NCBI GenBank assembly: GCA_018818205.1
Contig: JAHISJ010000023.1
Span: 173,428 to 237,427 of the forward strand
Source of the DNA: Patescibacteria group bacterium
Lineage (GTDB): Bacteria > Patescibacteriota > JABMPQ01 > JAHIRA01
DNA: 64,000 bases
Reading direction: 5' to 3'
Positions 19,457-28,122 of the stretch are shown piece by piece (position 1 is the first letter of the stretch; each line of letters opens with the position of its first letter). A program made the position numbers and the translations under genes. The notes beneath the pieces were generated by a model. That model was given only the letters and a program-made list of their open reading frames with translations, was not told where the DNA came from and did no database searches.

Positions 19457-20908
19457 ATGTTCGAACAATCATTCAAAAATATCGACGATATTCTACATAC
19501 CGATTCCGGATGCGGGACCGAGCTTGATTATGTTGAGCAAACTTCTTGGATTCTCTTTTTAAAATACCTCGATGATTTGGAAGAAACAAAGAAAACCGAG
19601 GCGGAACTTTCGGGGAAAAAATATGAATATATTTTATCGCCAAAATATCGATGGAACACTTGGGCTTGCCCAAAAAAAGATGATGGAAAGATTGACCATA
19701 ACAAAGCTCTTGGTGGGGATGATTTACGTGATTTTGTAAATAACAATCTTTTTCCTTATCTTAAAAAATTAAAAGCCGAGGATTCTGACACGATTGAATA
19801 CAAGATCGGTGAGATTTTTAGTGAACTAAAAAACAAAATTACAAGCGGTCACAAGTTGCGAGAAATTTTAACTATTGTTGATGGAATGCACTTTAGACTG
19901 TATGAAGAAAAGCACGAACTTTCTCATCTCTATGAAGCGAAAATTGCTAAAATGGGTAACGCTGGTCGAAACGGCGGTGAATACTATACACCTCGTCCGC
20001 TGATTAAGACTATCGTGAAGGTGGTTGACCCAAAAATCGGGGAAACCATTTATGATGGTGCCTGTGGAAGCGCCGGGTTTTTAGTTGAAGCATATAACTA
20101 TCTAACACAAAATCCGGAGAAACTGTCTTCGGGTCAAATGGAGACCTTGCAAAACAAAACCTTTTACGGAAAAGAAATCAAATCACTAGCTTACATCATC
20201 GGCATTATGAACATGATTTTGCATGGCATTGAAGCTCCAAACATCAGACACACAAACACGCTGGCCGAAAATATCAACGATATTCAAGAAAAAGATCGAT
20301 ATGATATTGTTTTGGCTAATCCGCCTTTTGGCGCCGGTATCGGCCGTGAAATACAACAAAATTTCCCCATCAAAACCGGAGAAACCGCTTTTCTTTTTCT
20401 CCAACATTTCATTAAGATTCTAAAAGCCGGTGGTAGAGCGGGAATAGTTATAAAAAATACTTTTTTATCCAATACCGACAACGCCTCCGTATCTTTACGC
20501 AAACTTCTTCTGGAAAATTGCAACCTCCACACCGTCCTTGATTTACCCGGGGGTGCTTTTCAGGGCGCAGGTGTAAAAACCGTCGTTCTCTTTTTTGAAA
20601 AAGGCGCGCCGACCAAGAAAGTTTGGTTTTATCAACTGAACCTTGATCGTAATCTTGGTAAAGGAAATCCTTTAAACGAAGCTGATTTGACGGAGTTTGT
20701 GAAATTGCAAAAAAGCAAAGCGGAAAGTGAGAATTCTTGGAGTGTGAGTGTGAAGGATATTGATCAAGAGACATTTGATTTGTCTGTGAAGAATCCTAAT
20801 AAGAAGAATGAGGAGGTGTTGCGGGAGCCGGAGGAGATTTTGAAGGAGATGAGGGATTTGGATGAAGAGAGTAAAAAAATACTAGATTCTATGCAAGAAA
20901 AATTATGA
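19457..20908 (+). CDS. hsdM: Type I restriction-modification system, DNA methyltransferase subunit M
   Basis: HsdM N-terminal domain, AdoMet motif I DGACGSAGFLV, catalytic motif IV IVLANPPFG. Length 483 aa. Confidence 0.9.
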   Translation: MFEQSFKNIDDILHTDSGCGTELDYVEQTSWILFLKYLDDLEETKKTEAELSGKKYEYILSPKYRWNTWACPKKDDGKIDHNKALGGDDLRDFVNNNLFPYLKKLKAEDSDTIEYKIGEIFSELKNKITSGHKLREILTIVDGMHFRLYEEKHELSHLYEAKIAKMGNAGRNGGEYYTPRPLIKTIVKVVDPKIGETIYDGACGSAGFLVEAYNYLTQNPEKLSSGQMETLQNKTFYGKEIKSLAYIIGIMNMILHGIEAPNIRHTNTLAENINDIQEKDRYDIVLANPPFGAGIGREIQQNFPIKTGETAFLFLQHFIKILKAGGRAGIVIKNTFLSNTDNASVSLRKLLLENCNLHTVLDLPGGAFQGAGVKTVVLFFEKGAPTKKVWFYQLNLDRNLGKGNPLNEADLTEFVKLQKSKAESENSWSVSVKDIDQETFDLSVKNPNKKNEEVLREPEEILKEMRDLDEESKKILDSMQEKL

Positions 20909-21786
20909 TATCTGAAGAGCAAATACAGAATTGGTCACGAGCACTAAGTGAAATAGAGAACGAAAAATGTATTTCTACAGTGGCTACAATCAAAAATATT
21001 TTGCAAGAAAAGTTTGGAGATTCAGTAGATATTTTTCTTCAGGGCTCATATAGGAATAGTACAAATGTGAGACAAGATAGCGACGTAGATATCATTGTTT
21101 GTTACAATAAGGCATATTTTCCTGATCTGTCTGGACTTTCAGATCAAGAAATAGAACGTCATAATTCAATACTAATACCTTCTGAATACTCATTTTCACA
21201 ATTTAAGAGTGATGTTGAAGATTTAATGAGAAAAAAATTCCCACTTCAAACAGAAAGAAAAAATAAGTGTGTATTTGTAAAAGGAGATGTACATAGAGTA
21301 AATGCAGATATTGTACCTTGTTTTATTTTAAAGCGTTTTCGCCCTCCTTATTATGTTGAAGCCGAGGGAATTCAATTTTTTTCTGACAAAGAAGAAGAAA
21401 TAAAAAGTTTTCCAAGACAACACTACGAAAACGGAGCGGACAAAAACGAAGCAACTGATGCGTCGTTTAAATCGGTAGTTAGAATTTTAAAAAATTCTAG
21501 AAATATGCTTATTGATAAGAATGAAATTGACGAAAAACTTATGCCATCTTTTTTCTTAGAATGCTTAATATGGAATGTTCCAAATATCCAATTTAACACT
21601 TTTTCAGAAAAGAGATGTGTAAATAGCATTTTGAAAGTTTTGTGGGCAGACATGGATAGGATAGAGGTTGTGGAATCTTACACCGAAATCAGTAATTTAA
21701 TGCTTTTATTTCAAAAGCAAAAGGCACAAACCCCTGAAAGTGTTAAACTTTTTTTAAGTGAAGCTTATAACTTAATGAATTCATGA
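20905..21786 (+). CDS. Polymerase-beta-superfamily nucleotidyltransferase, cGAS/DncV-like (CD-NTase / SMODS-like) candidate
   Basis: Start ATG overlaps the hsdM stop (ATGA). Core GSYRNSTNVRQDSDVDIIV (GS ... DxD), a third acidic residue in GDVHRVNADIVPCF ~75 aa later, and a ~150-aa helical C-terminal half. Total 293 aa. This layout resembles CD-NTases rather than 100-aa MNT antitoxins. Confidence 0.55.
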   Translation: MISEEQIQNWSRALSEIENEKCISTVATIKNILQEKFGDSVDIFLQGSYRNSTNVRQDSDVDIIVCYNKAYFPDLSGLSDQEIERHNSILIPSEYSFSQFKSDVEDLMRKKFPLQTERKNKCVFVKGDVHRVNADIVPCFILKRFRPPYYVEAEGIQFFSDKEEEIKSFPRQHYENGADKNEATDASFKSVVRILKNSRNMLIDKNEIDEKLMPSFFLECLIWNVPNIQFNTFSEKRCVNSILKVLWADMDRIEVVESYTEISNLMLLFQKQKAQTPESVKLFLSEAYNLMNS

Positions 21787-21795
21787 AAAATTTCA

Positions 21796-22251
21796 ATGCA
21801 AAATGATATTTTATTAAAGGCTCTTGATGAGCGATACAAATCTATCCACATAATCCGTGAAAGGATTCAGACTGTTGTGCTATGGATTTTGGGGCTTTTA
21901 ATTACTGGGTCAGCATGGGTTTACCAGTCAGATGTTTATTTTGATTTACTTGGTATGTTGTCATTGTTTCTTGTGATTATTTGTATCTGGATATCTATTT
22001 GGAAATTTTATTTTTATGATCTAGAAAAGGGTTTTAATAGTCAAAGAAAAATTGCTGCTAAAATTGAAGAAGCCCTTGGTTTTTATAAGAAAAAACATTT
22101 TTCAGAGAGTGAAGAATCGATGTATCCAATTGAATGGAAAAATTCTGGGAAAAAAAATTGCGAGGGAAAATTTATGAGAAATACTTACTACTTGATTGCA
22201 CTGGGTTTCATTCTATCAATGCTTGCAATTTTTTCCCACACATGTATTTAG
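21796..22251 (+). CDS. Small membrane protein with N-terminal TM hairpin (SLATT-like candidate effector)
   Basis: 151 aa. Adjacent helices VVLWILGLLITGSAWVY and LLGMLSLFLVIICIWISIW, then a charged helical segment and a C-terminal hydrophobic helix YYLIALGFILSMLAIF. It starts 10 nt after the NTase stop and ends 5 nt before hsdS. Confidence 0.45.
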   Translation: MQNDILLKALDERYKSIHIIRERIQTVVLWILGLLITGSAWVYQSDVYFDLLGMLSLFLVIICIWISIWKFYFYDLEKGFNSQRKIAAKIEEALGFYKKKHFSESEESMYPIEWKNSGKKNCEGKFMRNTYYLIALGFILSMLAIFSHTCI

Positions 22252-22256
22252 ATATT

Positions 22257-23324
22257 ATGACTAAAAGAATTCAAAAAAATAACTGGCAAACAAAAAAACT
22301 TGGCGATATTTTAAAATTAGAATATGGTAAACCTTTGCCAAAAACTGAAAGATCTTCCGATGGGAAATATCCTGTTTATGGTGCAAATGGGATTAAGGAT
22401 TTTTCCAACAAGTTTTATTTTGATAAGCCAAGCATTGTTGTTGGCCGAAAAGGATCAGCAGGAAAGCTTCATTTAGTAGAGAAAAATTTTTGGCCATTGG
22501 ACGTGACTTATTTTGTAACTTTTGATGATAAAAAATATGATCTCAATTTTCTTTTTCATCTTTTGAGTGATCTTGAACTATCGAAATTAGCAAAAGGTGT
22601 AAAACCCGGAATAAATCGTAATGATGTTTACTCGAGAGAGGTCAATATTCCACCTCTCCCCGAACAACGCCGCATCGTAAAAATTCTAGATGAAATTTTT
22701 GAGAAAACAGCGAAAGCAAAAGAAAATTCTGAAAAAAATCTGCAAAATGCCAAAGAACTTTTTGAATCGTATTTGCAGAGTGTTTTTGAGAATCCAGGGG
22801 AAGATTGGAAAAAGAAAAGATTTGATAAAATTTGTGTTCTTCAAAGAGGTTTCGATTTGCCAACTCGTTTAAGAAATATAGGAAAATTTCCGCTTGTTAG
22901 CTCTAATGGAATTACTGACCAAATTGACCTCTGGAAAGTAAAAGCCCCTGGTGTTGTTACTGGAAGAAGTGGAACAATTGGCAATGTTCACTATATTGAA
23001 AAAGATTTTTGGCCTCTAAATACAGCACTTTACATCAAAGAGTTTTATGGGAATAATGAAAGGTTTATTTATTATTTATTGAAGCAATTTGATTTAAGTA
23101 AATACAGTTCAGGGGCAGGTGTCCCAACTTTAAATCGAAATAATGTTCATGATGAAATGGTTTTATATCCCAGATCGTTAAACGAGCAAAAATACATAGT
23201 CAAAAAACTTGATGGTCTTTCAGCCAAAACTAAAAAACTAGAAACAATTTACCAAAAAAAGTTATCAGACTTAGAAGAACTGAAAAAATCAGTTCTAAAA
23301 CGTGCCTTCAGTGGCAAGTTATAA
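22257..23324 (+). CDS. hsdS: Type I restriction-modification system, specificity subunit S
   Basis: Two target-recognition-domain repeats (…VYGANGIKDFSNKFYFDKPSIVVGRKGSAGK… and …LVSSNGITDQIDLWKVKAPGVVTGRSGTIGN…). Each is followed by a conserved coiled-coil spacer (LPEQRRIVKILDEIF / LNEQKYIVKKLDGL). ATG at 22257 chosen; the longer track ORF from 22134 would overlap the upstream gene. Confidence 0.8.
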   Translation: MTKRIQKNNWQTKKLGDILKLEYGKPLPKTERSSDGKYPVYGANGIKDFSNKFYFDKPSIVVGRKGSAGKLHLVEKNFWPLDVTYFVTFDDKKYDLNFLFHLLSDLELSKLAKGVKPGINRNDVYSREVNIPPLPEQRRIVKILDEIFEKTAKAKENSEKNLQNAKELFESYLQSVFENPGEDWKKKRFDKICVLQRGFDLPTRLRNIGKFPLVSSNGITDQIDLWKVKAPGVVTGRSGTIGNVHYIEKDFWPLNTALYIKEFYGNNERFIYYLLKQFDLSKYSSGAGVPTLNRNNVHDEMVLYPRSLNEQKYIVKKLDGLSAKTKKLETIYQKKLSDLEELKKSVLKRAFSGKL

Positions 23325-23336
23325 CAAACTAAATTT

Positions 23337-25664
23337 ATGAACGAATCAGAAACAAGAGCCGAATATATTGACCCAAAGCTTAAACAAGCTGGTTGGGGTG
23401 AGGTTGAGGGGTCGAAAATAATGCGGGAATATCGGATTACCGAAGGAAGAATTCAAGCCGGCGGTACAAGGTCCAAACCGGAGATTGCGGATTATGTTTT
23501 GGTTTATAAGAATCGTAAAATTGGAATAATTGAAGCAAAAGCTGTAGATCTGGAAGTTGGTGAGGGGGTAGCGCAAGCCAAGGCATACGCCGAGAAAATG
23601 GATATAGATTATTCTTATGCGACAAACGGCAAAGAGATTTATCAGATTTCCATGAAAACAGGTAAGGAAAAAAACGTGAGTAGCTTTCCCACTCCAGATG
23701 AACTATGGAATAAAACTTACGCCGACTGGAATGAATGGAAGGAAAAATTTGATGGAGTTTTGTTTGAAGATGGAGGAACGGGGAAAAGACCCAGGTATTA
23801 TCAGGAAATCGCGACAAATAATGTTTTGGAATCGATTACTGAAGAAAAAAAGAGAATCTTATTAACATTAGCAACCGGAACCGGAAAAACGTTTATTGCT
23901 TTTCAAATTGTTTGGAAACTTTTTCAAACCCGTTGGAATCTGAATCGTGATGGGGCCAGGAGGCCAAGAGTTTTGTTTTTAGCTGACAGGAATATTTTAG
24001 CTGATCAAGCTATGAATAATTTTGCGGCTTTTAAAGAAGATGAAAAAGTGAGAATCAACCCGCTTGATATCAGAAAAAAGGGTGGAGTACCTATGACCGG
24101 CAGTATCTTTTTTACCATCTTTCAAACTTTCATGAGCGGGCAAAACGGCATGCCATATTTTGGTGATTATCCACCTGATTTCTTTGATTTGATTATCATT
24201 GATGAATGTCACAGAGGAGGGGCAAATGATGAAAGTAATTGGCGTGGAATTTTAGAATATTTTTCTCCGGCGGTACAACTTGGACTTACCGCAACACCAA
24301 AGCGAAAAAATAATGTCGACACGTATAGATACTTTGGAGAACCGGTTTACATTTATTCACTCAAGGAAGGAATCAACGACGGGTTTTTAACACCTTTTAA
24401 AATCAAAAGAATCAAAACAACGTTAGATGATTATGTTTACACTTCCGATGATCAGATTATTGAAGGAGAAGTTGAAGAAGGAAAAATTTACGAAGAGCCG
24501 GATTTTAATAGAATTATTGAAATTAAGGAACGTGAAGCAAAGAGAGCGCGGGTATTAATGAATGAAATAAATCAAAATGAAAAAACTATTATCTTTTGCG
24601 CGACACAAGATCATGCCTTGGCGGTTCGTGACTTGGTAAGTCAAATGAAAAATAGTAAGGACCCATTTTATTGCGTTCGGGTGACGGCAAATGATGGGGC
24701 AAGAGGAGATCAGTCCTTACGTGATTTTCAAGATAATGAAAAAATAATTCCAACAATTCTCACAACTTCTCAAAAACTTTCCACAGGTGTAGACGCGCGC
24801 AATATTAGAAATATCGTTTTAATGCGTCCAATCAATTCGATCATAGAGTTTAAACAGATTATTGGACGTGGGACGAGACTTTTTGACGGTAAAGAATATT
24901 TTACGATCTATGATTTTGTTGATGCATACAAACATTTTTCTGACCCCGAATGGGATGGTGAGCCGATAGACGAGACAACCGAAAAGGAACCGCGTGAGAT
25001 GAAAGAACAGAAGGAAATAAAAGAGTCAAACGCTTCACTCGAAAAGCCGGAGGAACCGAAGAAGAAACTGAAAATTAAGTTAAGCGATGGCAAAGTGAGA
25101 GAGATAAAACACATGATTTCCACTTCTTTCTGGGGTGCTGATGGCAAACCGATTTCCATTCAAGAGTTCATGGATAATATGTTTGGTACCATGCCCGAGT
25201 TTTTTAAAAGTGAAGAAGAGCTCAGAAAAATTTGGTCAAATCCTAAAACGCGTAAAGCTTTTTTAGAGAAAATTGCCGAAAAAGGTTTTGGCAAAGATGA
25301 GCTAGAAACTCTGCAAAAAATGATTGATGCTGAGCAAAGTGACTTGTTTGATGTATTGTTGTATATCTCGTTCTTAACCAAGCCAATTTCAAGGACTCAA
25401 AGAGTAAACCAATCAAAAAATAAGATGTTTAAAGGTCTAGATGATAAACAAAAAGAGTTTCTGGATTTTGTTTTATTAAAATATGAAGAAAAAGGAGTTG
25501 AAGAACTTGATGAAGATAAATTACCGGTTTTGTTGAATTTGAAATATCACGCTATAGCAAATGCAGAAGAATCTCTTGGCGATGTAGCGCGAATTCGGTC
25601 TATGTTTTTTTCCTCTCAGAAAAATTTGTACTCTGAGGTAGAAAAGGAATATACATATAAATAA
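23337..25664 (+). CDS. hsdR: Type I restriction enzyme, endonuclease/translocase subunit R (compact, 775 aa)
   Basis: N-terminal Mrr/PD-(D/E)xK-like nuclease region (ADYVLVY...IGIIEAKA). SF2 helicase motif I LATGTGKTF and motif II LIIIDECHRG, with later helicase motifs (TATPKR, ILTTSQKLSTGVDA, QIIGRGTR). Confidence 0.85.
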   Translation: MNESETRAEYIDPKLKQAGWGEVEGSKIMREYRITEGRIQAGGTRSKPEIADYVLVYKNRKIGIIEAKAVDLEVGEGVAQAKAYAEKMDIDYSYATNGKEIYQISMKTGKEKNVSSFPTPDELWNKTYADWNEWKEKFDGVLFEDGGTGKRPRYYQEIATNNVLESITEEKKRILLTLATGTGKTFIAFQIVWKLFQTRWNLNRDGARRPRVLFLADRNILADQAMNNFAAFKEDEKVRINPLDIRKKGGVPMTGSIFFTIFQTFMSGQNGMPYFGDYPPDFFDLIIIDECHRGGANDESNWRGILEYFSPAVQLGLTATPKRKNNVDTYRYFGEPVYIYSLKEGINDGFLTPFKIKRIKTTLDDYVYTSDDQIIEGEVEEGKIYEEPDFNRIIEIKEREAKRARVLMNEINQNEKTIIFCATQDHALAVRDLVSQMKNSKDPFYCVRVTANDGARGDQSLRDFQDNEKIIPTILTTSQKLSTGVDARNIRNIVLMRPINSIIEFKQIIGRGTRLFDGKEYFTIYDFVDAYKHFSDPEWDGEPIDETTEKEPREMKEQKEIKESNASLEKPEEPKKKLKIKLSDGKVREIKHMISTSFWGADGKPISIQEFMDNMFGTMPEFFKSEEELRKIWSNPKTRKAFLEKIAEKGFGKDELETLQKMIDAEQSDLFDVLLYISFLTKPISRTQRVNQSKNKMFKGLDDKQKEFLDFVLLKYEEKGVEELDEDKLPVLLNLKYHAIANAEESLGDVARIRSMFFSSQKNLYSEVEKEYTYK

Positions 25665-25715
25665 AACGATGATTGAGATTTTTATTAAGAAAATTGAGGA
25701 GAGGGTGGAGAAAGC

Positions 25716-27245
25716 ATGGAAGTGAAACTGGATTTATTAAAAAAAATCAAAAATGCATATGACCCGTTTAAGGAATGTGTAACTATGGTTGATTGTGTTG
25801 ATTCTCTTTATGCTATTTGGGCTTATTACTCATTCCTTTTGCAGAAAAAAGAGGTTCCAGATATAGAATACATTAGGGAAATTGAACTAAATAAATCTAA
25901 TGAGTATAACTTTAGGTATGTTTCTCCTTGGGAGCTTGAGCTACTTGCAAGAGAGATACTAGTTAGCTCAATAGAAAGTAAACATTTCGATATACCATCA
26001 TTCAGGAGCGCAAAATATTTTGTCAACGCCTTGAATAATCTGAAAAGCATTGGAGGTGTATTTGAAATAGAAAAAGTAAGGCGTTTAACGTATGTACAAT
26101 TTCCTTGGCAGGGTGAAAATCATGTAATTGATGGGGTAAATATTCTTGTTCGATACTATAACTTGTTTAATCATGTAACTTTCGAGAAAAAAATTAGAGA
26201 GGAGTATGGTCTTTCGCTGAAAAAGCTATTTTTTGTTGGGTTTACATTGCTTTCTCATTTTCAGAATAATTTTGAACTTCGGTTACCCTATAAAAATAAA
26301 GATATCCCTGATTTAAAAGATCAAGAAATTGATGCTTTCCTTAACAAATTTTCACTTGCATTGCCTGAAATTAGAAAAAGAGTTGAAAAAGAACAAGCTG
26401 TTGATGAAAATTTCTTATGTCGATCTATATGTTTAAAAGCATTGCCTCTCATTAAACTAGAAAGAAGTATTGTTTGTCCAATCCCTGATTTTCTCCTTTG
26501 GTCTTTTACAAAAAATCTTTATTATACGATTTACGATCAAAACAAAGATAGCAAAATAATTGGCGAAAATTTTGAAAAATACATAAAAAAAGTCATTAAA
26601 GCCGAGATTGATATAGTAGACTTATTTCCTAAGAAAAAATATGGCATAGAACAAAAAGAAACTTCGGACTACATTATTAAATATAGTAAAAGCCTTCTTT
26701 TTATTGAAGCAAAATTAAAAAGAATTCCATTTGAGGCTAAAACTTGTTTATTAGATGAAACAGCTTTTAACGAAGAACTTGTAAAATTTTCTGAATCAAT
26801 CGTTCAGACATACAAGGTAATTAATGATTTTATAAACAATGAATTTTCATTCTCAAACAAAAAACAAATAGTTAGGTATGAAGATGATTTTTTAATTTAC
26901 CCAATTATTGTAACATTAGAAGACTCATATATTTGGGGCAGTGATTCAAAATTGCTTGAAGCAGAAGTCTGTAAAAGATTAGAAGAGAATCAAATTCAAT
27001 TGAATTTTGTAAGCCGTTTCCCATATTTGTTGTGTTCGGCTAGAGAGTTTGAAAAATTTATACAGTTAATTAAGAATATTGACCCAGATAGTTTTTTTAA
27101 AGTAAGAAATAGAAATGAAGACACAAAAAGGAGCACTGTTAATAACCTAATGTATAATTTTTTTAATAAAGATATGGAAAAAAATAAAAAGGTTTTATTG
27201 AAAGAAGAGTTCGTTAAAATTTTCCCCAAAGGTCTAATAATATAA
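25716..27245 (+). CDS. Hypothetical protein (509 aa), very AT-rich, possible C-terminal PD-(D/E)xK nuclease-like motif
   Basis: An uninterrupted ORF despite ~28% GC. Possible D...ExK arrangement SDYIIKYSKSLLFIEAKLKR. It sits immediately downstream of hsdR in the same orientation. Confidence 0.45.
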   Translation: MEVKLDLLKKIKNAYDPFKECVTMVDCVDSLYAIWAYYSFLLQKKEVPDIEYIREIELNKSNEYNFRYVSPWELELLAREILVSSIESKHFDIPSFRSAKYFVNALNNLKSIGGVFEIEKVRRLTYVQFPWQGENHVIDGVNILVRYYNLFNHVTFEKKIREEYGLSLKKLFFVGFTLLSHFQNNFELRLPYKNKDIPDLKDQEIDAFLNKFSLALPEIRKRVEKEQAVDENFLCRSICLKALPLIKLERSIVCPIPDFLLWSFTKNLYYTIYDQNKDSKIIGENFEKYIKKVIKAEIDIVDLFPKKKYGIEQKETSDYIIKYSKSLLFIEAKLKRIPFEAKTCLLDETAFNEELVKFSESIVQTYKVINDFINNEFSFSNKKQIVRYEDDFLIYPIIVTLEDSYIWGSDSKLLEAEVCKRLEENQIQLNFVSRFPYLLCSAREFEKFIQLIKNIDPDSFFKVRNRNEDTKRSTVNNLMYNFFNKDMEKNKKVLLKEEFVKIFPKGLII

Positions 27246-27570
27246 TTTTAGAACAATCTCTGATTCTCACTATCACTTGATGAAAAAAAAATGTCTAGAG
27301 AGTGATAAAATCTCAAAGTCAGATAATGAATGTGATTACTATATGTAGTGGAATGCACGTGATGAGTATGAGAAGTTAGAAGTGGAAATATCCAACTAAC
27401 AGAGAAAAATACACAAAAGAAAAATCAGACTATATCAATTCAATAACAAAGAAAGCCAAAAGTGGAAACGAGTAATGATCTTTCACAATATAAAATATAT
27501 AGCCAAAAATGAATTTGTATGCTATAATAAGTATGCTTAATTAAGTGTTTCTAAAAAACTAACAAAAAAA

Positions 27571-28122
27571 ATGGAAACAAAAACATCAACAGTTAGAGCA
27601 TTGCTCATAATCCGAGCACTAGTGCTTGTGGCCTTTGGCCTTATTGCGCTCTTTTATCCGGGTATTACCGTTTTGGGCCTTGTATACTTCTTTGGTATCA
27701 TGGCCATAATTAGTGGAATCCTTGCCTTTGTTCATCTCATTGCTGAGAAAAACTGGCTCTATCTGCTACTCGGTATCTTTGAAATTTTTATAGGAATTTT
27801 GGTCATGGCATATCCGGGAATCACTGCTGCAATAGTTATCTGGCTGTTTATTATCTGGCTTCTTGCTATGGGCCTTGTATTGTTTATTAATGGTATTACA
27901 TTGCTAAAAGGAATTGCGCGAGTGTTAATGATTATTTCTGGGTTACTTGTTGCACTTCTAGCCATGCTTCTTCTCCTACAACCTATCTGGATGACCGGAG
28001 TAGATATCCTTTGGTTCATTGGTATCTTTAGCGCAATCTCAGGCGTTGTTCTCTTCTTTACTGGTATTTTTGCAAAAAAAGAAACAATTCGTGAGGTAGC
28101 TCGTGAAGAGTCAGAAGTGTAA
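27571..28122 (+). CDS. HdeD/DUF308-like small multi-pass membrane protein
   Basis: 183 aa composed of repeated short TM hairpins (GLIALFYPGITVLGLVYFFGIMAIISGI ... IFIGILVMAYPGITAAIVIWLFIIW ...). Confidence 0.5.
   Translation: METKTSTVRALLIIRALVLVAFGLIALFYPGITVLGLVYFFGIMAIISGILAFVHLIAEKNWLYLLLGIFEIFIGILVMAYPGITAAIVIWLFIIWLLAMGLVLFINGITLLKGIARVLMIISGLLVALLAMLLLLQPIWMTGVDILWFIGIFSAISGVVLFFTGIFAKKETIREVAREESEV

Noticed and set aside
22134-22256. Longer 5' extension of hsdS proposed by the ORF track
   Set aside because: It would overlap the upstream 151-aa gene by ~120 nt. The in-frame ATG at 22257, 5 nt after that gene's stop, gives a conventional HsdS N-terminus.
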